DNA from: Psammoneis japonica
Lineage: Eukaryota
NCBI GenBank assembly: GCA_008632985.1
Contig: QPGO01000020.1
Location: 372,001 to 436,000, forward strand
DNA: 64,000 nt
Direction: 5' to 3'
Shown here: positions 1 through 13,138 of the stretch, one piece after another
How positions within the stretch are numbered: position 1 is the first letter of the stretch
Layout of the letters: each line of letters begins with the position of its first letter
Position numbers and translations under genes: made by a program
The notes under the pieces: generated by a model
The model's database searches: none
Seen by the model: the letters and a program-made list of their open reading frames with translations, nothing else
What the model was told of the DNA's origin: nothing

Positions 1-129
1 GATGTGTTATGATTTGCATATGGTACTCACAAATGTTCTGTAACCATTGCTCTCTTCCAACACACCAACACGCAGACTTGCTCATGTCGACGGCGGGCAA
101 ATTAGCGACAAGCATGGCGAAGCAACAAG

Positions 130-1465
130 CATTCGAAACCGTAATGTAATTTTCATGCCGCAAGTAGGATTTCTCGTGGAACTCGAAAGACACCACTTGC
201 CACCCCCTGTGCTACCCCCCACCGAAAGCTGATGCAAATGATACTTCGTCCCCGGATGCCGACGTACACCCGGGTCTACCGCCAGATTTTGATTTTATCT
301 TTTCCATTGAAAACAAGCTTTGTTTCAAGAGAGATTGGGAATTTGGACGCCACCATCAAGGACTTTATTAGTATGGTCATCACAGAGCTTGAAGAAGACA
401 TTCTTGATTGTGAAACAGAACTTCGAAGTACCTTTGGAGCGCTTGCTGAACTCGACTGTATTCTTTCCTTTGCATGCTACGCCGCCGACAACGACTACAA
501 CAGGCCCCAGTTGCTCCCCATTGACCAAAAGTGTATTCACATCAAGAATGGCACTCATCCGTTACAAGAACTCATTGTAGACGGTGAATTCATTCGGAAC
601 GACACAAGCATGAACGGGGAACAGAGTCGTGTCAATATCATTACCGGACCCAACTTGAGTTGCAAGAGTTGCTACACTCGTCAGGTTGGAATGCTTGTGT
701 ACATGGCGCATATTGGATGCTACCTTCCCTGTGATGCTGCCAGGATTCCATGACGGATCAGATTTCTACGTGCATTAGTGCGGCTGAAACTTGCTTGGTG
801 CCCCACTGCAGCTGTCAGCTCGATCTGACGCAGGTAGCTTATATTCTTTGGAGGAGCACCCAATCGTCGCTTGTGCTCATTGACGAATTTGGAAAAGGTA
901 GGCACAGACTCTCTGGAGGAATCATGGTACAAAGTACTTCTAGCTGTTCGACACTCAACTCGTCTTGTTTTCCTTGCATACTTACATCACTGAAGGCACA
1001 AGCGCGTTTTTGGCGGCGGGAATTAACAAACTTTCGCGCATGAAATGCAAAGTCATTTGCACGACCCATTTCCTGGAAGTCTTTAGCTTGGGATTGCTAC
1101 GGGATGGCGCGGACGGAGTTTGTGCCCACCGAATGACGGTATACATTCCAGAGTCAAAGAGCGAGGACGAAGTAGAAGACTCTGGCGCAGCACCCTTATT
1201 CAAACTAGAGCAAGGCGTTGCCGAGTCGTCCGCAGGGCTTGTGTGTGCCGAGAGAGCCGACGTAAACAAGAAAGTCCTAACCCTTACCGCTACCAAAGAT
1301 GGACGCACCGTGCAACCGCTCCAAGAAAGCATGAATCTCTTAGAGCTAAAGCCAGAGGTGCAGGACGTCTTGCGCATGTTTCTGGGAGTCAACTCATAGG
1401 CAAATGCCACAGACGAACAGCTTCACGTGCTGGAACGTAAACTTGCTGTTATTTCTATCCCGTAG
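130..1465 (+). pseudogene. MSH5: MutS homolog 5 (MSH5) C-terminal half, disrupted
   Basis: Motifs IFMPQVGFLV, HIKNGTHPLQE, IITGPNLSCKS..QVG..VYMAHIGC, SLVLIDEFGKG and CTTHFLE match the MutS ATPase region, MSH5-type. Walker A GKS reads CKS. Frameshift near 750, probable intron ~898-995, in-frame TAG at 1397-1399 with reading continuing to a stop at 1463-1465. Confidence 0.8.
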
Positions 1466-4400
1466 TAGGGGCGTCGTAGTTGGGGGCAGCTTGTGCAGAC
1501 AACAAGTAGACAAGACCAAGACATGAACGAGTATGGGGGATCAATCCAAGGATTTCTGTTTTTCTTTTTGTGGCGCTTCTTGTGTGGGAAAAAGCGGCAC
1601 TTGTAGATGAGAACGCTGTAGCCAGTGTTGTAATTGAAGGGGCCTCTCTATCACGACATGATGGAGCAAGGGTATACTGAACCTTTTACATGCAGCTTCA
1701 ATCGCGAAATGGTCTTGGAACTCTCGCCACGGTGTAGCATCTCTTGTTCTCTTGTGTGAAAGTCGGTGAATACAATCATATGTCGGATGCGAGTAGCTGG
1801 TCTCGCACGGTGCTCTGCCCAGTCAGAATACGATATCCATACATAGCACAAGGTGGGTTACCTCTCTGCTGAGATTGTGCAATAGTACAGAGACTAGAAG
1901 TTACGGTGTTGACAATAAGATACTCGATACGGTAATGATAAATTTGTGAGAAGATTGTCGATCGTACTCGCTACAGTACTACTGTTGGTACTTTCATCCT
2001 TTTGGTTCCCGCAAGAAACACAAGCAAGGCAAGATATACGCGAGAAGATTCCAGCATAGATGCTGTAAACTGAAAAGCCTTTTACAAGTAAGGTAACAAT
2101 CCGACTTTTCAATTTGGGGGTGCTGCAGAACGATGTTCCGCATCAATGCTCGTAGCGGAGTGAAACTCCGCCGTCACCGAGAAGACACTGAACTTTGCAT
2201 CGACAATTGCACATCCCAAACACGAGCAACAATGAAGAGAAGGGATGTTCCAAGAGTGAGGGGCTGTGACAGTTCTGCACATGCATTCGCATCCAGGGAA
2301 TTGGAGCACATTTTCACCACAAGCGCAGCAACAATTGCAAGCGCCTGTCTCAATGTCCTGCTCAGATGCCATGCTCTTAATTCACATTAGAGGATCAGCA
2401 GATGGAAGGACAAAGAGCTGATCAACGAAGGGTTCAATGCAGCCATTTGAATCATGAGATTGTCAATGGCACTCTTGTTCTTGAGCTTGATGCAGCTTGC
2501 CTCTTGGTGCATGCCGGTGCAAATGAAGTGAACAAACTCATGCAGGGCCATGAGAACATTTTGGCAGCCACTGTTGAAAAGATTGAAACAATTGACAGTG
2601 CACAACTTGCAACTGTCCCACCCTTCCGTGAGGCAAAGCTTGAGAGAGTTGGTTTTCTCAATGAGAGCATCAACCTGTTCCTTGAGTTCTGTCACCTTCA
2701 AGCAAAGCATGGGTGTTGGCAAGCCCGTCCATGGCATCTTTGCGAATCATTGATCTGGTGCCAGTGTCAAATTTCTTCAAACAGTTTTGTTTTGACTGGC
2801 TGAAAAATGAGAAATTCCAACAGAAGGATGTCAAGCTCATGCGCACAGGTGGCAAGAGAAACTTCTTGGCACAGATGCAGTTGTGGAAGTGCTTTGACTT
2901 GCCCGTTGGTTGGCATTTGTTCTTCAGATTTTCAACACCAGTCTGCTGTTGGAGCTCATCTCCAAGGTCCAACAAGTCGATTGCACTGGTTGGGCAAAAG
3001 GCAGAAACAATGTCAACATCGACCTTGGTGGGGTGCTTGCTCCCTCAGAAGGGACCAAGCTATCAGAGGCAGCTGGGGGACAAAGCAGTTGTTGGAGAGT
3101 CAACATCTCTGGTGGCTTGGGAAGGTTCAAGGCCATTTCATGAAGCAACTGAGTGCATTCTTCAAAAAGCTCCATGCAGTCAATTGCCCATTTCTGTTTT
3201 TCAGGCACAACTTGGCTGCCTTCACATTGAAGTCATCCTCAAGGGTGTGGAAGAGCTTCTTCTCACCTGCCCCACTCAAACAAGGACCGCTGAAGTTGTC
3301 ACTCATTGTGGTCTGTGGAGTGGAATCACCATTCCTTTGGGGACTGATTGCGTGGTCCTCATGAATTTCATCATGCTTGCCACTTGTTCTGCTGGAGTGA
3401 GTGGACAGAGAGAAAGTGGTGTCTGCATCGTGGAAGGGGCAAGCAAGGTGTGAGACAGGTGTGGTGCCAATCTTTTGGGATGGAGTGTTTTGCCACCAAA
3501 CAACTTGTGCTCCTTCACAGCCTGTTTGTTTGATTGGCCAACATCTGCCACAAGTGTTTGAGTGGGTTTGGGTCCTTGCAGCCACAAGGTCAAAAGTGTC
3601 CGGGGCATGACGTCCAGCTGCAAGGTTGCAAATGCCAGTTTTGCCATGATGAGTGCTGACAATCTCTTTCTTCAAAAGCAAAAATGCAGCCCCACAGTGA
3701 CCAACAAGCATGACTTGGGAGACCAAAGCCAGCCATGAGATGTGCGCTGACAAAAGTGCAAAGCCAGACTCAAAAGCCAGGGCACTGCAGATGGCCTCAT
3801 TTGGCAGCCACAGAAATGGCTCCGCACCAGTCCTCTGAGTGACAAGACAGACATGCTGCAGCTGCAAAGGGTGCAGTTGGGCCTGCTGTTTTCAATCCAG
3901 AGCACCTTGAGGTCAACAAGAAAGGCAAGGAGATCTGAGAACAGAAAAAAGCACAGCTTGCAACAGACCCCACAGACAAGCAAAGCTGGTTGTTGTTGAA
4001 AACCACAACAAACCTGACAGCCCCCAAGTGGAAACAGAGCTTGGAGGATGTTTTGTGTCTTGTTGGCCCTGTGTGTTTGGCACACCTGTCAGTTGCTCTG
4101 GTGGGCACAAGGCAGCAGGGAGTGGCGGCTGACAAAACTTGGCTGCAGCTGACAGCTGACTGAGCATTTGTTGCGCCAGAAGAGCCTTTGGTTTTCCACT
4201 TTGAGAAGCCCATTTGAAAGGAGAAAAATGGCAGTTGTGGGCCGTTGCTCTAACCTGATGTCTGAGGAGCTTTTGCAACAGGCAGAGTGGCACACAACAC
4301 TCCCAAAGAGCTTGCAGAAGTCTGCACTGACATTGTTGACCAATGTGGACTTCGCGCAAGCAAATTTGTGTGATTGGGATTTACAATGACCTGTTTGGCA

Positions 4401-4554
4401 ACCACGCAACACAGCAATGCTGTTGCGCTCTTGTTGTCCAGCAACAGGTTTTGGTGTTGCATCAATGATGGGGCAGTGTCATCATGGCCATGCTGTTCAT
4501 CCTTGGTGACATTGTCAGAGAGCAGCAGTGGCAAAAGTGCCACGACAAGCACAA

Positions 4555-4745
4555 ACACCTTCTCTGCTTTTGCCAACTGCCAACAGCCTTGAAGAAAAGA
4601 AGACGCAAATGGAGTGACGTTTGATCAAGGGAAAAAGCACTGGAGGCGTCGTGGCAAGTGAGTTTGGGTGATCTCTTGAGCACAAACAAAGAAATTCGTG
4701 ACAGCATGCAGGCTGCACTCCAAGATGGAAAGGCACATTTTGCAT
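4555..4745 (+). repeat. Dispersed repeat/gene fragment, hypermutated copy
   Basis: Aligns by eye to 12380-12612 (ccttctctgc..ttgccaa..agccttga..aatggagt.acgtt.gatcaagg..gtgatctcttgag..caaa.aaagaaa). Confidence 0.8.
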
Positions 4746-6786
4746 TCTCATTGCTGCAGCAATTTGTTGATGGCCGGTGGCACTGTGACTCACAGAGAGC
4801 AGAGGCAAGACTTGCAAAGTGCTGATCTTGACTTGTCGTCTGCATCACCACGCTTGTGACACAACAATGGGGCGAGCAGCACGGGCAAGATCAAAGTGGC
4901 AATGGCATGGCATCTGTTGTCAATTCCGTGCAACAGACCAAGAACTCACTCCAGGCCTCACAAGTCTCAACAGGATTGGCACATTGAGTCACGGTGATTC
5001 AACAGTGTTTTGGTTCTTTGTCTCTGTGTGGAGATTGCAGAAGCATCTGAAAGGAATGCTGCAATGTGTCAAATCAATGGTGCAAAGTAAGAAACTGCCG
5101 CAATTGGCATGTTGGCAGTGAAGCAGTGGATTGCATGAATGCGCTCATGCATGCAAGAAATCATTCTGTTGCTCTCCGTGACAGTTCCACTTCATCTCTT
5201 TCTGGATTCACCCACCAGAGATCCAAAACAGCAGCAGTTGGATGGGATGTTGAATGTTGTGATCAGGTGAGACAAGGAATGTCCAAAAAGGAGAAACACA
5301 AGAGACATGATTGGCTGCCATTTTAGACTGCAAGTTGTTGTTGTTGATGCCAGGCATTGGTGCTGTTGCAGTTGTTTTCCCCGTGTTCTTGTTGATGTTC
5401 TCCTCTCCTCTCATTCAGAGAAACAATTGTTGGATTTGACATGGCACACCCGTTCAATTGGGGTCTCATCACTGACAGACTTTGGAAACTTTTGCCAGAA
5501 ATTGTTGTGCAGAATGGATGACCACCAGCAACCAGGGAGTCAAACCCATGTCAGACAAATGTCCATTGTTTAAAGTGGGAGGCTGTGGAAGATCACAGGG
5601 GTTGCATCACCGCCTTTGCATGTGAGACTTTCCAACCACTTGTTTGAGCCAGTTGATTGGAATTTGTCATGTTGGTGGAAAGTGGCAAAAAGTTTTTTTG
5701 TGGTGTTTTGCAATTTGCACACTTGGCTTGAATTGCTGCCAACAGCATGGGGGAGGACAATTGTGCCCATGCATCAATTGTTGCCACCAAATCTGAATTT
5801 TCCATCCCAGACTTTCTTGTCAACAAGTGGATGGCCCACAATGCCCACAATGCACACAAGACATTCAAGCTTCCACTTTGTGAGGTTGGCAAAGTGTGGA
5901 AAATGTTTGCCCGTCTGATCTTCACACACAAGCCTGTCTTTTCAGCAGCCACCACACACCAAAGAAAGTCTTTTATTTCATGGTCTTGCCAGGGCAGATG
6001 ACAAAACAGCTCAACTTTTGAAAGACACAACCAACTCCTCTGGGAGCACTGCTGCTCAGCATTGCACTGATGCTGACATTCAAACAAAAACTCCTTTTTG
6101 TTGATGAAGAAAGCACAGACACTTTGGAGCTGAATTGTGTTGGCTCAATGACAAAACAGTCTTGCGGGCAGCTGAGAAAATTGACATTGATTGTGCATTG
6201 CTTTGTGCTGATTGCAGATTGCAAAGAGACAACACTGAGTGTGGCATCACTCAGGTTCAACTGCACTGCAATGCTCAGGGAATGCAGCCACATGTTGTTG
6301 ATGCAGCATGGTGGCATGTTTTGGCCTCATGAAAGCAACACACAAAATCCAACATGGAGCAATGCAGCACAGCTCTGAACCTTGCCAAAAGAGCTGGAGC
6401 ATTTGTCAAGAAAGCCAAAGATGGGCAAGCTGACTCTTCTGCCAAGACCATGACTGCACTTGCTTCACTCATCACTCCTTGGGGTTTAGATGGCTCCACT
6501 TGTTTGAAGAACCGTTGAGCTCAATTCCTGCACATGTTGGTGTTGGCACAAGGAAATCATTGATTTTGCACTCAAATTTGCTTTTCTTTTGTGTTTCAAA
6601 GGGGTTGGTTGTGTCACAGCTGAGTTGATTAAGAAAAAGCTGGTGTGTTTGCCAATGTGTTCATGTCAGTTGGTCCAACAAGGCAGATCTCTAAAGTCTT
6701 GCAGCAGCGGCAAAAGATTGAAGAATCAACCTGCTCTTCTTTGCCACCTGCTCATCAGTCAAGTTCCACAGAGTGAGTTGAGAAAG

Positions 6787-7452
6787 TCATGAATGACAAA
6801 GATGCCACTGTTCAATTTGTTGAGCCAGCTGCAGGAGACCGGGGCAGGGGGGGGAGCTGGAGAGGACAGCAACATTGGTGGCGGCAAGGAAGGAGTGCAT
6901 GGAAGGGGTGCTCTTGGGACAGGCAGAGCTGGGTGCAAGTTCAACACTGACATTGGCTGGTCTTTTAAGAGGATGGCCAGAAAGGAGGCTGGTGAGCTCA
7001 AGGAAGACATGGTGACGGGAGTGGCAAAGGCCAGAGAGCGGGGCTGCAAGGTTTTGGATGACAATGGAGATGGCATCTTGGATGTGATTTGACAAGAGCC
7101 CTTTGTGCATCTTGGAACATGTGAAAGCATGGTTGCCAAAGGGGTTGGGAACATGGTGACCGTGACCACAGGGGCAGGGGAGGTGGCAGAGAGGCTGGGA
7201 GGGGCGGCAGGGACGGATGGCTTGTGAAGGTTGTGGAGGGCAGCCAAATTGGGAGGAAGAGAACCAATTGGCTGGATGGGCATGAGATGGGGTGTGGAGA
7301 CAGAGGCTTGTCAAGGGAGAGAGCAAGGACAGAAAAACTGGTGGGAGGTTCAGATGTTGGAGAAGCAAGGGGGGGAGTCTCTTGCTGGCGATGATGCAGG
7401 TGGGCGCGCTGATCCAAGCCACAAAGGTCATGGTCTGATGCAGCAGGTGCAA
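6787..7452 (-). mobile_element. Non-LTR retrotransposon 3' fragment (zinc knuckle plus restriction-like endonuclease region, CRE/NeSL-like)
   Basis: Translation CPCG..NPFGNHAFTC..KG..NHIQDAI...E...KRPANVSV resembles the CCHC knuckle, RHN/RD and RPAD (PD-(D/E)xK) layout of RLE-type non-LTR elements. Confidence 0.55.
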
Positions 7453-7825
7453 GCAGAAGAGTCAAGGGAGAAAAGGGTGGGAGAAAGGAAGCGAAAAGTG
7501 CTCGCGCAAAGCGGTTTATGTGACTCCAGCTCTTCGGCCAGCTTCTTGCTCTCTCGAGACTCGCGATAGCTTCAGGCGGCGTTTTGTGACTCCAGCATTT
7601 CAAAAACCCTACAGTACCGCTTTGACGTGAAATCACACAAATCAAAGCTATGGAAACCGAAAGAGATTGACTCCTGACTAATAGTTCTAATTACGGGTGT
7701 TAAAGGAAAAAGTGCCATGCTATCAACAGAACGATAGTCTTTTCAGGACACGCGATATGAAAAATGGCTGAACACTTGGCGTCCCCCACAAGTGTATGGT
7801 ACAACTAACCACACCCTCAATATTC

Positions 7826-8491
7826 TCAAACGTCAAACTGCGGCTCCAGAAGTAGATAATGCGCAAGTCGTGTCTTCAGCTGCTCAAGAGAATCCCTCCC
7901 CTTTGAGGTTTTAAGCTTTGGCTTATCTCCGTAGAGCTGCCGGAAGTGCTCTTGCGTAAAGAGTGCCCGAAACGCCGGGTTCTCGGCATAATTCTCTCGC
8001 CTCAACGTGAGCAGTACTTGGATGACCTCGCTTCGACTGAGCGCCTTGATATCGGAAAACGACTTTATCCCCACACGTTCTCGAGCTTCCTCCACTGTCA
8101 GCGCAGCAAATCCAAGTCGTTCCTGCTTGAGCTTCTGGAGCTTTTGGTTGACAGCATCTCGCTTCTGCGCTTTCAGCTCCTTGTCCTTGGCGGCGAGCTC
8201 TTTGTCCTTTGCTTGTTCCTTACTCGTCTTTGCTTTTTTTCGACTAGGATTAAGCGAGGCTTCCGCCGAAGCTTGCGCAGGCCCAGATTCGCCGTCTCCC
8301 TTGCTTTCAGAAGCGTCTGTCGTGCTGGACAAAGCTGCCGCCGTGTCGTTGATGCTGTCACCAGAAGCATCCGCCTGAGGTTCAGCGGTCTCTGGTGGCA
8401 CTTCCGGCGGTGCTCCAGTTGCATTCGCGCTTTGCTGCTCGAGTAAGGCTTCTTCATGTTGACGTTTCGCTCTTGATTTTATAGACATCAT
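7826..8491 (-). CDS. Hypothetical protein (~220 aa; acidic low-complexity N-terminus, Lys-rich coiled coil)
   Basis: Long ORF with normal composition. Start placed at the ATG of MMSIKSRAK; no recognised domain. Confidence 0.6.
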   Translation of the reverse strand: MMSIKSRAKRQHEEALLEQQSANATGAPPEVPPETAEPQADASGDSINDTAAALSSTTDASESKGDGESGPAQASAEASLNPSRKKAKTSKEQAKDKELAAKDKELKAQKRDAVNQKLQKLKQERLGFAALTVEEARERVGIKSFSDIKALSRSEVIQVLLTLRRENYAENPAFRALFTQEHFRQLYGDKPKLKTSKGRDSLEQLKTRLAHYLLLEPQFDV

Positions 8492-8914
8492 GATTGAATA
8501 GCAGTAAGAAAGAAGAAGCAAGGAAACTTTGCACCATGATCCTGATCCAAGCATTACCGGAACAGTAAACAGTAAGGCACGGAGAAGCCCAAGTGGGCGT
8601 CAGCCACACATTTTTCTGTGGTACAAGTCTACGTGAAGACCATACCGATGTTAAGTAGATGGTAACCGGCTAAATGGGCCATCGCGTTTCGAGAGACCAA
8701 TCGTCGCTGAGCATACCAGTACCATGAAAATGTGTCCTGTGTTTGCGGGGTTAAGACAGCGTAAAGCCGCTCTATGGTCGACTCTGCGACATAAATGGAT
8801 GCACATATACCGGTAGTAAGCGATCGTTACTATCCTGCAAAAGTGACTGCTTGTCTTTGCGACGTTGTAGCCCTAAATCGATAGGTGGAAAGTAGAAACA
8901 ATCGCATAAGTGCA

Positions 8915-10539
8915 ATGTATTCTCTTCGTCAACGAAAGAAGCACCGGGTCGAAACGCTGGTGAATGACTTGGCAGAGTACCTCGTGCAAAGCGAAAACGA
9001 TGCGGAGACGTCTTGGCAGGACACGCTGAATTTGCTCTTGAACGAGGAATTGTTGACTAACGAAGCAGCGCCTGAAAACGAGGATGAAAACGATGGTATG
9101 GAAGGAATGATAAAGCTGGCAGCAGCCAAGTGCAAGTCGCTGCAGAGATCAAAAGCCGAGAACGAGACTAAGGCTTCGAAGAGAGCTTTAGCGGACGACG
9201 AGAAACGAGCATCGGCTGCAGCTGCCAAGTCGTTCTCTCTCTTTGATAACATCGGAAGCTTTTCTCTGGACGCATTTGTGACTGCCGACCAGCTAGAGGA
9301 GGCGCAAGAACTCTCCACCTCCTCTGCTCAAGACCACGTGCTCGTTCTGTTGGAGAAGGTACAGCACGTGGACGATGTCATGCACTCATGGCAGGATATT
9401 GTGCTACCGTCCGTCTCCAAGGGGATCAGGTGCCAACTTACTAAACACCGCTACATTAAGTTGTGCCGCACGTGGTTCTTTGAACAGTTGGACAATCGGG
9501 AAATGGAGCGCTTGCTCGCGAGAAACGACTTGTGCCACGTACTTTCTTTCGCCATGCCGCTGCATACAACTCATGATGCTTTAGCCACAGAGGCAGACTT
9601 TTCCATTCAAATTGTCCAGTTGTGGCATGATATGTGGATGGCAATCCTGCCGCATTATCCCACCTACCGAAGAAGGAGGAAGAGAATGGCATGGAGCGTT
9701 GTATCTTGCGGCAATTTTCCTTGTCTTCGTCTGCATTGCCGTTGCTCTTGGCCATGGTGGATGAGTACGCAACGTGGTTCACCTGTTGGGCTCAGCAAAT
9801 ACAGCCCCTTGAGCTTTCCAAAATGTTGTGTGAGTGCCAGGAGCTGATACCGTACCTATTGGAGCATGGGCGTTCGCTTCAACCCACTCGTGTGCCACCC
9901 TCGCTGGCGACGGAAGCCAACGTCCACAATGTCTTGGCAGAAGCAATATTGGTACAAGCTCTTTGTATGTTACGGGGTATTTTGATTGTGACGAGGGTGG
10001 TCTTGTTTCCATGGAATCTCGCACTACCAAAAGCGGAGGGCAAAGAGAGTTACGTCTCAGTCTTCACAACGATGGATCCGACGCCAGAGCAAGCCAACCT
10101 TTTTGTGAATTTGTTTGCACACGTGTTGCGCATTGGAATGTCACAGTCAAACACAGTCTCACCGCAACTGGCACGAACTTGTGGAGAAGCGATTACGGTT
10201 TTGCTAATGGGGTGTCGTCATCTTGACGAAGTCATTGAGGGGCTTTTCGACACTGTAACGAAACGATTGCTTGTTGTTGGCAGCAGCAAAAATTCAGGGG
10301 AGGAATCACCAGATACGATCATGCTATGTCAAAGCAGATGCGCGTTGTTGCAGTTGTGCAATGACGTATTGCAAAATGAACTCGGAACCGACGCCCAGCG
10401 ACAAGTGCTTATCAAATCTGTCGAAGGAGCCCTTCGCAATTGGGTACAAGGGAACCTAAATCGTGCTATGGAGACTGCAGACGAGGTGCAAAATGTAATG
10501 GAAATGTTGCTGTACGAGAGCGCTTTAGTTTTAATGTGA
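8915..10539 (+). CDS. Hypothetical helical protein, split by one frameshift near 9660
   Basis: Two overlapping long ORFs (8885-9847 and 9634-10539) with protein-like composition that join by a frame change; no clear intron at the junction. Confidence 0.6.
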
Positions 10540-11389
10540 GCGAGAGCCCGCCCGGGCGAAGCTGTGCCAGACCGCTCGCTCCCACGGTGGAATAAATACG
10601 GTAGCTATAAAGGGACCTTGAATTTTTCTATCGGATGCCATACGGTACATAGGTGATACGGTACATGAACTCGCAAGGTTGTCTCGTTTGATTGTTGGCA
10701 CAATCCTAGAGGAAACGAACAGCAGTATTCCCTGTGCCCAAGGCCACTGCTCACAGCCTCCTATATGGCCCCACGATCGTCCTGTATTACCGGTAGTGAG
10801 CCCCAGTGTAGCAGTCAAACCACCCCGGCAGGCCAATGAGCTTCTTGATGACTGGATCGCCAGGAAAAAGTTGTGTGTCCTGAAATTCACACAGAAACTC
10901 TATATTGTCGTCTCGGCGCTTGACTACATTGATTTCGTCCGTCAAGTTTAGTTTGAAGCGCAACGACGACTTCCGTCTCTTGTGCTGCCAGCTGACATCG
11001 ATTGTCTGCTCGTTCTGCACCAACTCCAAAGGCTACTCGAGTAATGCCCAGAAAAGGAGGTGGCGTTACTGCAGCTTTTCTCTAGCTAGAGAGCTCGGTA
11101 TTCGTGAATATTAGCTTGGCGGCAATCCCACGCCTGCAAAGCTCCATTGATCGCAACTCGTCTTGACCAACTTGATGACCAATGAGCATTTGAATTTCGC
11201 GCGAGGTACAAGTATCTGCAGAATGAATCGATCGGACAACAGTCAAGGCACGGAGCACAATAAACTAAACATACACACAAGCTAGTTGACAAAAATAGAT
11301 TTCTATTTTACTTTCATCATTTCCGTTGTAATCTGTGACTGACTCTCGGATCATCACGATGAAACCCATCTGAGTTCTTCATGCGTCGT

Positions 11390-11917
11390 CTAAACGAACT
11401 GAAGCTGTGCGTCACCGCTGAGCTTGCGAGCAAGATAGAGGAAGGGCGTCTCACAGTTGAAGTCCATCTTAACGGAGGTGTCATAGTGCTGGAGGTTCTT
11501 CTTGCGGTGGAAGAGGGCAGGCCTGTCCTTGACTTTGCGATCCTTGATCTCGACCTTGTTTCCGGCGATAACGATCGGGATATTCCCGCGGCGGAACGTG
11601 ATTTTGCGGTGCCAGGTGGCCACGTTCTTGTACGAGAAACGGGATGTCACGTCATACATGATCATGGCGCACTGCCCCCCGGCGAAGTATCCGTCACGGA
11701 GATATCCGATCTTCTCCTGCGTGTCCCAAACGTTGAACTTGATTGGACCTCGGTTCGTTTGGAATACAATCGAATAGACTTCCACATTCAAAGTCGCGAC
11801 GTATTTCTTGTCGAACTTGTTCGCCAAGAGATGCTTCACTAAGGACGTCTTACCGACACCGCCGTCACCGACGAGGATGAGCTTGAACTCGGGCATCTCT
11901 GGCTGCTGGGTCGACAT
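11390..11917 (-). CDS. RAN: Divergent Ran-like small GTPase (possibly a pseudogene or pseudo-GTPase)
   Basis: [62 protein letters not shown] and PFLYLARKL are Ran-specific. G3 DTAGQ lacks AG and the C-terminal acidic tail is absent. Intronless. Confidence 0.85.
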   Translation of the reverse strand: MSTQQPEMPEFKLILVGDGGVGKTSLVKHLLANKFDKKYVATLNVEVYSIVFQTNRGPIKFNVWDTQEKIGYLRDGYFAGGQCAMIMYDVTSRFSYKNVATWHRKITFRRGNIPIVIAGNKVEIKDRKVKDRPALFHRKKNLQHYDTSVKMDFNCETPFLYLARKLSGDAQLQFV

Positions 11918-12379
11918 GGTTGAACCGGGAACGGTTGGTGCTTGCTGCTTGATGAAGCCTTCTCTGCCTCGCCGATAGCCTTGAAGAAGAAGAAGAAGAA
12001 GAAGAGAACCCAACGAAGAGATCTTTGATGCGTTCAGAATCATTGTAATCTCTCTTTTTTTAGTCCAGTCCAAGTGGTTTCGAGTGAGGGTTGGGCGGAA
12101 GGCGTGACAAATCAATGCCGGCATTGCCGTGTATGGTACGTAAAATGGATACCTTTTAGAAAGGGTGCTGACCGCTTAATCGGGTGCTTCCAAAACGTTT
12201 GATTTCTGGTTGCGCTTTTGCTGCTTCAAGGGTGGACTTAAAGAAGGCGAAGCATTCCGTCCTGGAAAGTTTAAGCTCAACTTCAGCTACAAGGCCACCG
12301 CTGGAACCTCGAGGCCCTACGAGAGTTGTTGATGCTAGTTGGCTGGCACCAAGAGATGTAATTCGGCCTCCTTGAGGAT

Positions 12380-12612
12380 GACGCCTTCTCTGCCTTTGCC
12401 AATAGCCTTGAGGAAGAAGGAGAAGAACCCAATGGAGTAACGTTCGATCAAGGAGAAAAAGTAGAGGCCTGGTGGCAAGCGAGATCCAGCCACTTTGCTA
12501 TCTGGACGACAAAACGACAAATTCCCAGTGATCTCTTGAGTGCAAATAAAGAAAATCGGGATAGCCTACAAGTACAAGTTACTGCAATCCGAGATGGAAG
12601 GGTATGAATTGC
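12380..12612 (+). repeat. Dispersed repeat/gene fragment, unmutated copy (shorter third copy at ~11955-12025)
   Basis: Homologous to 4555-4745 but retains TA and CG. Translates as DAFSAFANSLEEEGEEPNGVTFDQGEKVEAWWQ. Confidence 0.75.
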
Positions 12613-13138
12613 ACGGTGAGGGCTAGAAATGATTTTCTTCATGCTGTATTTCTGCTTACGATACCTCCCGTCGCTTTCTTGCAAGAACTCCAAGACGGAA
12701 CTCGAGCATTACGGCTACAGTAGTTAGTCAATGACAAATGACATTTTTCTGGGAATTTCGGCGACAACTTAGAATCACCACAGCCTCCGGCCGATTTACC
12801 AACGTTGCTTCCATCGGTTGGTTCCAGTATTTTCAATGCAATAAGGCTTGCAAGACCCTTGTCACACTCTATAACGACTCACCGGCAGATTTGAAAGTGA
12901 AGGAACCGAAGTGAAAAATAGCCATTCGAAAACGCCACAAGTTTTGGTTGATACGGCTCTTAAAGTAGCAGAACAAGAGGGAGGAGGCTATGAGTCGTCC
13001 TTCTTAATTGCTATTCTCCCTTCCTCCAGAGAGGGCTGGCGAAAGGTAGTATAAACTGTTTCTTTAATTCTCATAGTTGCTAGCGATTATGAGACGTAAA
13101 TTTGTCCGCAGCTCACGACTGCGTCAAGTCGATCTCCT

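Larger units (their letters stand above)
2160..7515. mobile_element. Degenerate repeat/transposon domain 1, TpA- and CpG-depleted, mostly unclassifiable
   Basis: Abrupt compositional switch: TA and CG nearly absent, TG/CA abundant, many overlapping Tyr-free Cys/His-rich ORFs. Contains a non-LTR fragment and a mutated copy of a sequence also found at ~12380. Boundaries approximate. Confidence 0.7.

Noticed and set aside
2160..7515. Dense overlapping Cys/His/Gln-rich ORFs in all six frames here and in the other depleted domains, suggesting metal-binding proteins or overlapping genes
   Set aside because: An artefact of TpA loss: TAA/TAG stops and Tyr codons are erased and TGY/CAY codons inflated, so spurious ORFs are long and mostly end in TGA.
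11918..12124. 69-aa N-terminal extension of the Ran-like ORF with a poly-Leu stretch
   Set aside because: It is the antisense reading of a (GAA)n tract within the dispersed repeat fragment; Ran homology starts at MSTQQ.
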